From assembly GCF_963921235.1 (NCBI RefSeq), contig NC_086101.1, positions 8,496,001 to 8,560,000 of the forward strand: 64,000 bases of DNA. The letters are read 5' to 3'. Under the pieces are notes generated by a model. It saw only the letters and a list, made by a program, of their open reading frames with translations, had not been told where the DNA came from and searched no databases. The translations under genes were made by a program, and so were the position numbers. Each line of letters opens with the position of its first letter. The stretch's first letter is position 1. The stretch comes from Mobula hypostoma. Lineage: Eukaryota. This document shows, piece after piece, positions 36,832-51,800 of this stretch.

Positions 36832-39800
36832 GTAAGGGCGCGGCGCTGTCGCCTGGGGCGAGTGGTACGATGCCGAGACGGAACTGAGCTGCGGAGCATT
36901 CCTGCAGAGACAGTCCCTCCGCCCCCCGGCTCCCTCTGCCATGCAAGATATTCCGTCGCACATGCCTGTCGAACTAATTAAACGCCTAATTAAGCGAATC
37001 CCTTCCGCTATACAGGCTCCAATTCTCTCCCCCCCCCCCACCCCCATTATCTGTACGTTCCTGTTCCTAAGAAACTCTTATTACACCCCTCCACACCACG
37101 CGGCCGCGAAGTTTGCTGAAGTTTGAGTTATCAGTCAGGAGTTTACTCGGGAGGGTTTAAACTAGTTTTGCAGGGGGCTGGGAAACCGGAGCCTCAGGTC
37201 AGTAAGGAAAGGATCGGACCAGCAGGTAAACATCGGGGAAGGTGCTGAAAGGCAAAATCGGAACAACAGGTATGACGGGTCGGATAGTTTGAAGTGTGCA
37301 TATTTTAATGCCAGGAGTATTATGGGTGAGGGCGATGTACTTGCAGCGTGGATCAATACAGGGAACTACGATGTTGTAGCCATTACTGAAACTTAGTTGA
37401 GAGAGGGGCAGGAATGTAGCAGGTTTCTGAAGTTTTGGAAAAACTGGAGGAGGAGGTAGAAGACGGGGGTGAGTTGCATTGCTAATCTGGGACAATATCA
37501 CAGCTGTACTCAGTGGAGACATAATGGGGGAGGGGGTCAGACACTGAGTATATTTGGGTACAGCTCAGGACTGAGTGTAATCACACTGATGAGATTGCAC
37601 TGCAGACCTCCTAATAGCTAATGGGACATCGAGGAACGGACATGTAATTAGATTAGGGAAATGTGGTCACAACTCCTTAAGGTTCAAGACATTAGGGTAG
37701 GTATGGTCCTTGTGGGAGAGTTTGGAATCAGATAAGGGCAAATTACATGGGTAATGTATTAGGCAGGAACTAAGAAGAGTTAAGTGTGCAAGTCCACATA
37801 ATCATAGTCATACTTTATTGATCCCAGGGGAAACTGGTTTTCATTACAGTTGCACCATAAATAATAAATAGTAATAGAATCATAAATAGTTAAATAGTAG
37901 TATATAAATTATGCCAGTAAATTATGAAATAAATCCAGGACCAGCCTATCGGCTCAGGGTGTCTGACCCTCCAAGGGAGGAGTTGTAAAGTTTGATGGCC
38001 ATAGGCAGGAATGACTTCCTTTGACGCTCTGTGCTGCATCTCGGTGGAATGAGTCTCTGGCTGAATGTACTCCTGTGCCCACCCAGTACATTATGTAGTG
38101 GATGGGAGACATTGACCAAGATGGCATGCAACTTAGACAGCATCCTCTTTTCAGACACCACCGTGAGAGAGTCCAGTTCCATCCCTACAACATCACTGGC
38201 CTTACGAATGAGTTTGTTGATTCTGTTGGTGTCTGCTACCCTCAGCCTGCTGCCCCAGCACACAACAGCAAACATGATAGCACTGGCTTTCACAGACTCA
38301 TGGAACATCCTCAGCATCGCCCGGCAGATGTTAAAGGACCTCAGTCTCCTCAGGAAATAGAGACAGCTCTGACCCTTCTTGTAGACAGCCTCAGTGTTCT
38401 TAGACCAGTCCAGTTTATTGTCAATTCGTATCCCCAGGTTTTTGTGATCCTCCACCATGTCCACCCTGACCCCCTGGATGGAAACAGGGGTCACCGGTAC
38501 CTTAGCTCTCCTCAGGTCTGCCACCAGTTCCTTAGATCAGATACGTGCAGGGTATTTAAAGATCAATTGAACAGACTCCAGGAAAGGTATGTTCCTGTTA
38601 GAGGGAAGGACAGGGAAAAGAGAACCTTGGATGTCCAGATAGGTGATAAATTTAGTCAAGGAGAAAAAGGAAAAGTATACAATGATCAAAAGAAGCCCAT
38701 CAGGAGTATCAGTTACTAAAATGGTTAGAGCATTGGCTGATTGCAAGGCAGCGGGTGGGAATAAAAAGATCCTTGTCTGGCTGGCTGCCAGTGACTAGTG
38801 GAGTTGCGCAGGGGTGGGTGTTGGGACCACTTCTCTTTATGCTGCATATAAATGATTTAGATGGTGAAATAGATGGCTTTGTTGCCAAGTTTTCAGATGA
38901 TAAGAAGACTGGTAGACGGGCAGGTTGTGTTGAGGAAACAGGTAGGATGCAGAAGGACTTAGACAGATTAGAAGAACGGGCAAGAGAGTGGCAAATGCAA
39001 TACAGTGTTGGAAAATGCATGGTCATGCAAATAAATGTGCGGACTATTTTCTAAACAGAGAGAAATTCCAAAAACCTCAGGTGCAAAGGGACTTGGGAGT
39101 CCTTGTGCAGAACCCTAAAGGTTAACTTGCAGGTTGAGTCGGTGGTGAAAAAGGTAAATGCAGTTTTAGCATTCATTTTACGAGGTCTAGAGTACAAGAG
39201 CAGGGATGTGATGCTGAGGCTTTATAAGGCACTGGTGAGGCCTCACCTTGAGAATTGTGAACAGTTTTGGGCCCCTCATCTTAGAAGAGATGTGTTAGTA
39301 TTGGAGAGGGTCCAGAGGAGGTTCACAAGGATGATTCCAGGAATGAAAGGGTTATCATACAAGGAACGTTTGATGGCTCTGTGTCTGTACTCGCTGGAAT
39401 TCAGAAGGATGAGGGGGGATCTGATTGAAACCTTTCGAATGTTTGATGAGGGGGGATCTGATTGAAACCTTTCGAATGTTGGAAGGCCTAGACAGAGTAG
39501 ATATGGAAAGGATGTTTCCCATGGTGGGAGAGTCTAGGACAAGAGGGCACAGCCTCAGGATAGAGGGGCGCCTTTCAAAACAGAGATGCGGAGAAATTTC
39601 TTTCGCCAGAGGGTGGTGAATTTGTGGAATTTGTTGCCACATACAGCTGTGGAGGCCAGGTCGTTGGGTGTATTTAAGGCAGAGATTGATAGGTTCCTGT
39701 TTGGACATGGCATCAAAAGTTACAGGGAAAAGGCTGGGGAAATGGGGTTGAGGAGATAAAAATGGATCAGCCATGATTGAATGGAAGAGCAGACTTGATG

Positions 39801-42800
39801 GGCCAGATGACCGAATTCTGCTCCTATGCCTTATAGTTTTATAAGGAAGCCAAGTCTAAAGAAGAGAATCAGGAAAGGCAGCAGGGGCCATAAAAAGTCC
39901 TTGGCAGGTAGGATTAAGGGGAATCCCAGGGCGTTCCATATCTACATCAAGAGTAAGAGGATAACTAGGGAGAGGGTGAAACCACTCATGAATGAAGTGG
40001 GAGCATTAGCTTGGATGCAGAGAATGTGAGTGAGGTACTTAATATGTACTTGGTTTCAGTATTTGCCAAGGAAAAAGATATGGAGGACCAGGAGATCAGT
40101 ACTGAGTGTAGAAATATATTGGGGAGTTTATCAGTCAAGGTGAAGGAAGTGTTGGGCCACCTAATGAGTATTAAGGTGGGTAAAACCATGGGTTGATCAG
40201 ATTTACCCCAGGATATTGAAGGAGGCAAAAGATGAGATTGAATTGAATTGAATTTATTTCTCACATCCTTTATATATGGAGTGAAAATCTTTACGTTTCA
40301 TTTCCGTCTAAATGTGCAATGTGCAATTTATAGTAATTTGTAATAAATAGCATGTACAACAGAATATGTAAACTTTGACAGCCCTCCACACTATCCACAA
40401 CACCCCCAACCTTTATGTCATTAGCAAATTTACTAACCCATCCCTCCACTTCCTCATCCAGGTTATTTTTTAAAAATCATGAAAAGAAGGTGTCCCAGAA
40501 CTGATCCACTGGTCACCAACCTCCATGCAGAATATGACCCGTTCTTTGCCTTCCGTTGTCAAGTCAATTCTGGATCCACAAAGCAAGATCCCCTTAGATC
40601 CCATGCCTCCTTATTGTTTGAATGGCTCGCATGGGGAACCTTATCAAATGCCTTGCTGAAATCCATATACACTTCATCTACTGCTCTACCTTCATCAATG
40701 TGTTCAGTCACATCCTCAAAAAAATTCAATCAGGCTCGTAAGGCAGGACCTGCCTTTCACAAAACCATGCTGACTATTCCTAATCATATTATGCCTCTCC
40801 AAATGTTCATAAATCCTCCCTCTGAGGATCTTCTCCATCAACTTACCAACCATTGAGGTAAGGCTTGCTGGTCTATAATTTCCTGGGCTATCTCTACTCC
40901 CTTTCTTGAATAAGGAAACAACATCTGCAACCCTCTAATCCTCCAGAACTTCTCCCGTCCCTATTGGTGATGCAAAGATCATTGTCAGAAGCTCAGCAAT
41001 CTCCCCCCTCGCCTCCCACAGTAGCCTGGGATACATCTCATCCGGTCCCGGCGACTTATTCAACTTGATGTTTTCCAAAAGCTCCAGCACATCCTCTTTC
41101 TTAATGTCTGTATGCTCAAGCATTTCAGTCTGCTGTAAGTCATCCTTACCATTGCCAAGGTCCTTTTCCATAGTGAATACTGAAGCAAAGTATTTATTAA
41201 GCACCTCCGCTATCTCCTTCGGTTCCATACACACTTTTCCACTGTCACACTTGATTGATCCTATTCTCTCACAACTTATCCTCTTGCTCTTCACATACTT
41301 GTAGAACGCCTTGGGTTTTTCCTTAATCTTGCTCGCCACGGCCTTCTCATGGCCCCTTCTGGCTCTCCTGATTTTATTCTTAAGCTCCTTCCTGCTAGCC
41401 TTATTATTTTCTAGATCTGTATCATTACCGAGTGTTTTGAACCTTCTTGTAAGCTTTTCTTTTCTTCTTGACTAGATTTTCTACAGCCTTTGTACATCCT
41501 GGTTCCTGTCCTACCATCCTTTCCCTGTCTCATTGGAACATACCTATGTAGAACACCCCGCAAATATCCCCTGAACATTTGCCACATTTCTGCCATACAT
41601 TTCTTTGAAAACATCTCCCAATTTATGCTTCCAAGATCTGGCCTGATGGCTTCATATTTCCCCTTACTCCAATTAAATGTTTTCCTGACTTGTCTGCTCC
41701 TATCCCTCTCCAATGCTATGGTGAAGGAGATAGAATCTCCAAAATATTTTCCCACTGAGAGACCTGATACCTGACCAGGTTCATTTCCCAATAGCAGATG
41801 AAGTACAGCCTCTCCTTTTGTAGGATTGTCTGCATATTGTCAGAAAACCTTCCTGAACACACCTAGCAAACTCCATCCCATCTAAACCCCTTGCTCTAAG
41901 GAGATGCCTATCAATATTGGGGAAATTGCAATCCCCAACTATGACACCCTGTTATTATTGCACTGTTGCCGAATCAGTCTCCCTATCTGCTCCTCAATGT
42001 CCCTGTTACTATTGGGTAGTAAAATAGACACATCTCAAACCATCAGTCTGAGCGCATCCCTTATCTATCACCTGCCTTTCCTCCCTCTCGCACTGTCTCT
42101 AAGCTTTCTCTATTTGTGAGCCAACCACCTCTTCCTCCGTCTCATCAGTTTGGTTCCCACTCCCCAGCAATCCTAGTTTAAACTCTCCCCAGTAGCTTTT
42201 GCAAACCTCCCCACCAGGATATTGGTCCCCCTTGGATTCAAGTGCAACCCATCCTTATTGTACAGGTCATGCCTGCCCCAAAAGAGGCCCCAGTGATCCA
42301 GAAATCTGAATCCCTGCTCCCCTGCTCCCCTGCTCGAATCCCTCAGCCACGCATTTGTCCTCCACCTCACTCTATTCCTATACTCACTGTCGCTTGGCAC
42401 AGGCAGTATTCCCGAGATTACTATCTTTGAGGTCCTGCTTCTCAACTTCTGCCCTAACTCCCAGTAGTCTGTTTTCAGGACCTCCTCCCTTTTCCTACCT
42501 ATGTCATTGGTACAATAATGTACCATGACCTCTGGTTGCTCACTTTCCCACTTCAAGATATCATGGATGCGATCAGAAACATCCCAGACCCTGGCACCTG
42601 GGAGGCAAACTACCATCCATGTTTCTTTCCTGCATCCACAGAATTGCCTGTCTGACCACCTAACCATAGAGTCCCCTATCACTGCTGCCATCCTCTTCCT
42701 TCCCCTACCCTTCTGAGCCACAGGACCAGACTCTGTGCCAGAGGCGCGACCACTGTTGCATCCCCCAGGTAGGTCATCCCCCCTCCCAACAGTACTCAAA

Positions 42801-45800
42801 CAGGAGTACTTATTGTTAAGGGGGACAGCCACAGGGGAACTCTCTCGCATCTGTCCTGGAGCCTATTGCTCCTGGCTTTTATGCTGTGGTACTGTTTCCC
42901 AGATGGTAGCAGCTGGAACAGTTTGTGGTTGGGCTAACCCACGTCCCCAGTGATCCTTCAGACCCTTTTTACACACCTGCCTTGGTAAATGTCCTGAATA
43001 GTGGGAAGTTCACATCTACAGATGCGCTGGGTTGTCCACACCACTCTCTGCAGAGTCCTGCGATTGAGGGAAGTGTAGTTCCCATACCAGGCAGAGATGC
43101 AGCCAGTCAGGATGCTCTCAATTGTGCCCCTGTAGAAAGTTGTTGGGATTTGGGGGCCCATACCAAACTACTTCAATGGTCTGAGGTGAAAGAGGCATTG
43201 ATGTATCATTTTCACCACACACCCAGCAAGTACAAACCACGTGAGATCCTCAGTGATGTTTATGCTGAGGAACTTAAAGCTGTTCACCCTCTCAACTGCA
43301 GATCTGTTGATGTCATTAGGGGTTAGCCTGTCTCCATTCCTTCTGTAGTCCACAATCAGCTCCTATGTCCTGAGACCTTGAGTAGTATCTTTGTGTCCTC
43401 TCTGGCTGGAGGCGAGGTCCCAGAGGAGTAGCAAGTGGCTGATGTTGTACCTCTATTTAAGAAGGGAGCAAGGGAAAACCCTGGGAGTTATTGAGCAGTG
43501 AATCTCCCATCAGTTGTAGGGAAATTGCTGGAGAAAATTCTTAAGGATGGGATATATGTGCATTTGGGAATTCCTAGCCAAATTAGGGAGAGCCCGCATG
43601 GCTTTGTGCGTGGCGGGTCGTGCCTCACCAACTTGATTGAGTTTTTTTGACAATGTGATGAGAGAGATTGATGAGGGTAGGGCAGTGTATGTTGTCTACA
43701 TGGATTTTAGTAAGGCATTTGATGGATTTAGGGAGGCTAATCCAGAAGATTAAGGTGCATGGTATCCATGGTGAATTGGCTGCTTGGTTTCACATATGGC
43801 TTGTGCACCAAAGACAGTGGGTATTGGTCGAAGGGTCTTATTTGAGCTGCAGGTCTGTAATTAATGGTGTTCTGCAGGGATCTGCGCTGGGACATCTGTT
43901 TGCGATGTGTCTAAATGACCTGAATGAAAATGTAGATGAGTGGGTTAGTAAGTTTGCAGATGATGCCAAGACTGGTGGAGTTGTGGATTGTGTAGAAGAA
44001 TGGCAAACTATACAGTGCGATATGGGCTGAGAAATGGCAGATGGGGTAACCCAGGTAAAAGTGAGGTGTAGCACCTTGGTAGGGCAAATGCAAGGAGACA
44101 TTACCCTGTTAACAGCAGAGATCCTTAACAATGTAATGTTAACAGGGAGATCTTTGGCTCCAAGTTCATAGCTTCTTGAAAGTGGCTACACAGGTCGACA
44201 GGGTGGTTAAGAAGGCTTATGAAATGCTTGTTTTTATTAGTTGGGGCACTGAGTTCAAAAGTCAAGTGTTATGTAGCAACTTTATAAGCTCCTTAACAAG
44301 ATCTGGGTTATTACACAACACCCAATCTAAGATGACCTTTCTCCTTATAGGCTCAAGCACAAGCTGCTCTAAAAAGCCATCTCGTAGGCATTCAACAAAT
44401 TTCCTCTCTTGCGATCTGACACCAACCTGATTTTCCCCATCCCCTTGCATATTGAAGTCCCCATTATAATTGTGTCTGGCTTTATTACATGCCTTTTCCA
44501 GCTCCCTTTGCAATCTCAGTCCCACATCTTGATAACTATTTGGAGGCCTATGTATAATTCCCATAATGGTTTGATCATGAGTGGTTGGATAAACTTGTGT
44601 TGTTTCCTCCAGAGTGCTTCAGGCTGAGGGGAGATCTGATAGAGGTTTACAAGATTATGAGAGGCATAGATAGAGTGGATAGAGAGTGTCTGTTTCCCAG
44701 GATTGAACTCTCTAATACCAAAGGGCAGGTTCAAAGGGGATGTGAGAGAGAGTTATCAATGCCTGGAATTCACTGCCTGGTGTGGTGGTAGAGGCAAGTA
44801 TATTGGAGGTTTTTAGGAGATGTTTGGCTAGGTAAGGAAAATGGAAGGATAAGGACATGGAGCAGGTAGGAGGGATTAGTGTTGGGTGTTTTTGTTTTGT
44901 TTTTAGCTGTTTTGGCACAGCATTGTGGGCCAAAATGGCCTATTCCTGTGCAGTACTCTTCTATGTTCTATGTTCAATGAAAAGCGGTGCATTGCTGGGA
45001 CCCATGGCCTTCTGTAAAATCAGAGATCGCCCTGCACAGCTCCAGACCCCTCTGACATCAGATCTGAACTGGTCAGGGAAGCTAGGTTCTGTTTCATTAA
45101 CCGAAGCCAGTGGTTCCACTCCACTGCTCAGAGAAAGTGCGGTTTCTCTGGCCCGGATTTTAACCAAACTGTAGGGAATACTGGTCGAATTGCACCGAGT
45201 AGAAGTGTCCTCAGAGATGTTGAGCAAGAATAGAGCAGATGTGGAAGGTGAGAATTACTGCCTTTTTGTAGGGCTCTCTTGGACAGCGTGCCAAGATGGC
45301 GTAGTGGGTAGACTTGCTGCCTGGCTCAGAGACGCAGCTTCCATCCTGATCCCCACTGCTGTCGGTATGGAGTTTGCACGCTCTCCTTGATTTTCCCCTC
45401 TGCCCCAAAAATCTGCAGGTTGCTCGATAAATTAAGGATTAGTTTTAATTGTCACACGTACCCTGAAGCATGCATTTATATATCATGTGTAAAATGAAAT
45501 GAAATGCTTTGTTTGCTTCAAATCAAACCCCACAACTCACTAACCCGTATGTCCTTGGAGTGCTGGAGGAAATCAGAGCATCTGGAGGAACCCCTGCAAT
45601 CACAGGAAGAGAGTACAAACTCCTTAAAGATACCAGCGGCAGTCTGTCATCGCAGTTTTTTTACTGTAAAGCGACGCACTACCCAACATGCACCAGTACT
45701 GCTAAGTAGCACCTACCGTGCAGAGGAGTAGACGAGTGGGATAATCTTGCAGGGCAGGAAGGGCCTGGGGACTCCTGATCAAGGGTCATGTCACGAACTC

Positions 45801-48800
45801 TATGTTCCCCTTCATAGATGCTGTCTGATCTGTGTTGTTGCCAACCCCTCCTTCCTCCCCCTTCACTCCTTTACTAGTTCTTGACCTTTATCCTCTTCTG
45901 CTTCTTCTTCTGCTCACCTGGTGAGCACCTCCCTCTGGTCCCCTCCCCCTTCCCTTTCTCCCACGGTCCACTCCCCTCTCCGATCAGCCCTTTACCTGTC
46001 CCACCCACCTGGTTCCAGCTGGACTCCTTCCCCTCTCCCCACCTTTTTCTTCTGGGGTCTTCCCCCTTCCTTTCCAGTCCTGAAGAAAGGTCTCAGCCCC
46101 AGACGTGGACTGTTTATTCCCCTCCATTGATGTTTCATGTCCTGCTGAGATCCTCCAGCATTTTGCATCTGTTGCTCTGAATTTCCAGCATCTGCAGAAT
46201 TTCTTCTGTTTATCAACTGTTTATTCCTCTCTTTCAGCATGTGTTGTCTGTGTTGTTTGCATCTACAGAACCTCTTGTGTTTGAAATAAAATAGGTTAGT
46301 CTGGGGTCTGTGCCCACTCAGTGGGCTGAATGGCCTATGTACCTGTTATACCTCAAGTCAAATTTATTGTCATGTGCAGAAATGTAGGGTAAAGGTACAA
46401 CGAAAAACTCACAGCAGAGGCATGGACAGAAACAGGCAGGATATCAATTATACAAGGCATATGGTTATAGAGTGAAGAGAGGTAATATGCAGAACTCAGC
46501 AAGGCTCCCCAGTTCTCACTTCACCCCCTACTTCCCCATGCACCAACCTTTGCCCACACCTGGTCTCACCTATCACCTACCTGTTTGTACTCCTTCCCTC
46601 TTCCCCATCCTCTTTCTCTGTCTTCCTAGTCATGATGACGGGTCTTGGCCCCGAACATCGACTATTTATTCCCCTCCAATGATGCTGCCTGAGCCTGCTG
46701 ATCTCCTCCAGCAGTTTGTATGTGTTACTCTGGATTTGCAGCATCTGCAGAATCTCCTGTCTGCACAGGGACGTTGCTGGGAATCGAGGGTTTGACTTGG
46801 AAGACGAGATCAGGTAGGTTAGGGTGTATTACGATTGGCGGCAGAGATGGAATCCAACAGGAGAGGAAGGTGAAGTGTGGAGTCAAATGCAGAAGGTGTG
46901 GAAGGCAGATGGGAAGAGTGGGAGAGGGGGGAATGGGAGTCTGAAATTGGAATTGGTTTATTATTGTCACAGTTACTGAGATTTAGAGTAAAGCTTGTCT
47001 TGCAGACTGTTCATACAAAACACTATTGGGCGACATGTAACACTTAGTGTATCCCGCGACCAATAGTCTCACTTTAAGGACTCTTTATCTTGTTCTTTCA
47101 TGCTCGTTGTTTATTTATATTTGCTTTTGTGCAGTTTGTTCATTGATTCTGTTTACAGTTACTATTCTATAGATTTGCTAAGAATGCCCGCAGGGAAAAA
47201 AAGCTCTCGGCGTTGTATGTGGTGACGTGTACGTACTCTGATAATGAATTTTACTTTGAAATTTGAACGTTTTGATTAGAGTGCCAGCAACCCGGATTCA
47301 ATTCTGCCGCAGTCTGTAAGGAATTAGTATGTTCTCCTCCAGATGCCCTGGTTTCCTCCCACATTCCAAAGACGTGAGAGTTAGTAGGTTAATTGGTGGC
47401 ATAGGTGTAACTGAGTGGTATGGGCTTGTAGGTCTGGAAGGGCCTGTATCTCTAAATAAAAATAAAATGGATCAATTCATTACAGAATGCAATGGAACAA
47501 AATGATAAGAATGCAGCATAAGGTGTAACAGCAACAGAGAAAGTGCAGTGTTGGTAAACATTAAGGTGCAGGATCATAACGGGGTTGACGATAAAGTCAA
47601 GAGTCCAACCTAATGTACAAGTGAAGCATTGGGTGATGGGCAGATGGAGTGGGTGAAGGAGGGGAAAGCAACAGGGAGATTGGGGGAGAGCTGGGTACTT
47701 GGTGGGTGTTGGATGAGATGGGTAGATCAGAAGAAGAGTGAAAATGACAGGGGGCAGGGCAGGTTTCCATAAACTGGATAATTCAGGGTTAATCCCTCAA
47801 ATAGTCTTACTTTTTAAGATCAGATTCCATCATCTGCGACCTTTTGTCACCTCAGCCTATCACCTCCCAGCCTCTACTTCCCCCTCCTCCATCTGCTGAT
47901 GTCCTCTCCCATTGCCTGCCAGCTCTTGATCCATCTCTTCCCCTTCATCTTTCAATACTGGCTATCTCCCCTTGATAGAGGGTCTCGACCCAGAACATCA
48001 ACTGACCATTTTCATCCATGGACATCCCACTGATCTCCCCTCTCCCTCCTTCCTCCAGCTTATCTCACTTCGAATCAGTCCCTATGACCTCAGTGCTACA
48101 TAAACACACTGAGAAAGTGTGAAGGAGAAGGAACATTTTGGCATCAACCTTCGTTTAATATATTAAAACATACAGTAGCATGGTAACATAGGAACACATT
48201 ACATTGCTAGCTGTAGGATTAAGGCTTAGTTCGTGCTGCTGTCTCGAAGGAGTCACCAGGTGGATTCCAGAGATGAGGGGGTTAGACTTTGAGGAGAGAT
48301 TGAGTCACCTGGGACTGTACTCACTGGAATTCAGAAGAATGAGAGGAGATCTTATAAAGACATATAAAATTATGAAACAGATGGACAAGACAGAGGCAGG
48401 AAAGTTGTTTCCACTTGTAGGTGAGACTAGAACTAGGGGACATAGCCTCAAGATTCAGGGGAGTAGATTTAGGTGGAGATGGGGAACTGTTTCGTCCAAA
48501 GAGTGGTGAATCTGTGGAATTCTCTGCCCAATGAAGCAGCGGAGGCTACCTCAGTAAATATATTTAAGAGAAGTTTGGATAGATTTTTGCATAGTAGGGG
48601 AATTAGGGTCATGGGGGCAAAGGCAGGTAGGTGGAGGTGAGTCCATGGCCAGATCAGCCATGATCTTATTGAATGGAGGAGCAGGTTCAATGGGCCAGAT
48701 AGCCGACTCCTGCTCCTAATTCTATGTGTTTTCTCTGGGTGCTTCATTTTACTCCCAGAGTCCAATGTTTGGTTGGAGTTAGTAAGTTGTGGGAATGCTA

Positions 48801-51800
48801 TTGGAAGCACAGTGACACCTGCAGGCAGCCCCCAGTACATCCTCAATTTGTGGATGTTGACGCAAAAGACGCATTTCGCTGTCTTTTTCGATTTTTCAAT
48901 GTAAAGCTATATTTTTTATATCTTATCGTGAAAGAAAAAAAACAATGCCTCTCCAGAGTTAGATGACACCGTTTACCGGGTCATTAATTGCAAAGTTGCC
49001 GGTTTAAAAGTGAAACATCTTTGCTCGGGGCTGGGATACGGGCGGAATGGTGGCTGCAGTTCAGTTTCATTGCCGATGAAGATTTTTAACTGTTTTTCTC
49101 CCTCTCTCACAGTGCTTCCACTTCCCAGCACTGAGGCCCGCAAACTGCAGTCACGGTAAGCTCATGTTTGCCGCAGGCGGGGTTACCACAGGGTCACAAA
49201 CGGCAGACAGAAGCCAGGGCAGGGATTTGTGGCGCCGAACACACTTGTCACCCACGCCGCTGATAACACAGGGCTTCCTGTGGTGAGAACAGTCCCTGGC
49301 AGTGACGAAGGGAGTTGCCTACGTTCCCTGTTACTCTCACCGTCCATCCTGATAAGATGTTGGGGTGGAACAAAGCACATTGTTGTCAGTGTTTTGAACT
49401 CCTTGCCTGTAGAACTTAGAAGATTACAGCACAGTACAGGCTCTTTGGCCTACAATATTGTTAGACTGATCCAAAATCAGTCTAACCCTGTTCTCCCATA
49501 TAGCACTCCATTTTCTACCATCCACGTGCCTATCTAAGAAGCCCCTAATGTATCTGTCTCTACCACCCCACTGGAGGGGCGTTCCATGAGTTTACAACTC
49601 TGTGTTTTTAAAAAAAAACACTACCTTTGACACCCTCCCTATACTTTCCTCCGATCACTGTAAACCTGTCTCAAAGCTCAAAGTAAGTTTATCATCAAAG
49701 TGCATGTAAGGTACCACATACAACCCTGAGATTCATTTTCTTGCAGGCATTCACGGTAAATGCATGAAACACAATAAAACTGACACTCACAAACACGCTG
49801 GAGGAACTCAGCAGGTCGGGCAGCATCCGTGGAAACGATGAGTCGACGTTTCGGGCCGGAACCCTTTGTCAGAATTGTAGAGGGAAGGGGCACCCACTTC
49901 AACTCTGCTTCCCAGTCCCATTCAGATCTGTCCATACATGGCCTCCTCTACTGCCATGATGAGGCTAAACTCAGGCTGGAGGAGCAACACCTCATATACC
50001 ATCTAGGTAGTCTCCAGCCCCTTGGTATGAACATTGAATTCTCCAACTTCCGGTAATTCCCTCCCCCTCCCTTCCCCTATCCCTATTTCGCTCTGCCCCC
50101 TCCCCAGCTGCCTATCACCTCCCTCATGGTTCTGCCTCCTTCTACTACCCATTGTGTTTTCCCCTATTCCTCCTTCACCTTTCCTGCCTATCTCCTCCCT
50201 GCTTCCCCTCCCCCACCCCTTTATCTTTCCCCTTACTGGTTTTTCACCTGGAACCTACTAGCCTTCTCCTTCCCACCCTCCCCCCACCTTCTTTATAGGG
50301 CCTCTGCCACTTCCCTCTTCAGTCCTGACGAAGGGTTCCGGCCCGAAACGTCAACTCATCGTTTCCGCGGATGCTGCCAGACCTGCTGAGTTCCTCCAGC
50401 GTGTTGTGAGTGTTGCTTTGACCCCAGCATCTGCAGGTTACTTTGTGTTTACTATAAAACCGATGAAAGACCTCAATCAACAGGGCAAACAACCAACATG
50501 CAAAAGACAACAAACTGCGCAAATACAAAAAGAAGAATAAAATGAATAATAATAATACTAAGTAAATAAGAAGTAGATATTGAGAACATGAGATGAAGAG
50601 TCCTTGAACCTTGAAAGTGAGTCCATAGGTTGTGGGAAAAGATCAGTGATGGGGCGAGTGGAGTTGAGAGAAGTTATCCCCTCCGGTTCAAGGTGGGTTA
50701 ATCACTGCCCCTGAACCTAGTGACGTGAGTCCTGAGGCTTCCCGATGGCAGCAGCGAGAAAAGAACTTGGCCTGGGTGGTAGGTATAGATGTGCTCAGTG
50801 GTGAGGAGGAGTTTACCCATGTTGGGCTGGTCCATATCCACTACTTTTTGTAGGCTTTTCTGTTCAAGGGCATTGGTGGTTTCCATTCCAGGCAGCATAC
50901 GTCAATTGTAGTTTGTCAAAGTTTTAGATATTATGACAAATCTTCGCAAACGTCTAAGCAAGTAGAGGTACAGTCGTGCTTTCTTTGTAATTGCACTTTC
51001 ATACTGCTCTCTTTTTTTCCCAACTCTGGGGCAAAGACTGTGCATTCACTTATCTAAAGCCCTCAAAGTTTTTTAAACTTCTAAAAGATCGCCCTTTGTT
51101 TTCCTATGGTCCCATGAATAAAGTCCCAATCTGTTCCATGTCTTTCCACAACACAGTTTCCACTCTGGCAACGCCTTGGTAAATCTCTGCATGCCTGGCA
51201 GCTTAATGCCATCTTTCCTAGGCCTGACCACAAACACAGCCTTGTATAACTGCACCACGTGGTTGCATAGGGTGTAGTGTAACACGATTTTAGTGCCAGC
51301 GACCTGGGTTCAATTCACACCACTGTCTGTAAGGAGTTTCTACCTTCTCCCCATGACCATGGAGGTTTCCTCCACGTGCTCTGGTTTCCTCCCACATTCC
51401 ACGTTTGTAGGTGAATTGGTCACATGGGTGTTTGTTGGGCGGGAAGGTCATAAGGCTGTAAGACATGGGAGCAGAACTGGACTATTTGGGCCCATTGCGT
51501 CTGCACTGCTATTCCATCGTGGCTGATTTATTATCCCTCTCAACTCCATTTTCCTGCAATTTGACATTTGGCATGAATAATCAGAAATCTAACAACCTCT
51601 GCCTTAAATATACCCAGTGATTTAGCCTGCACAGCCATCTGTAACAATTAATTCCACAGATTCACCAACCTCTGGCTAAAGAAAATTTTCCTCATTTCTG
51701 TTCTAAATTACACAAGAACAAAAGAAATAGGAGCAGGAGTAGGCTACGCACACAAAATACTGGTGGAACGCAGCAGGCCAGGCAGCATCTATAGGAAGTA

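Noticed and set aside
36832..36981. C-terminal part of ORF 36673..36981
   Set aside because: Intronic read-through after CAG|GTAAGG. The TTG start at 36673 is also not credible for a vertebrate gene.
42173..42850. SGNH/GDSL esterase-like ORF as a host enzyme
   Set aside because: It directly precedes decayed CR1 endonuclease and RT sequence. Esterase-type ORF1 is a known CR1 feature.
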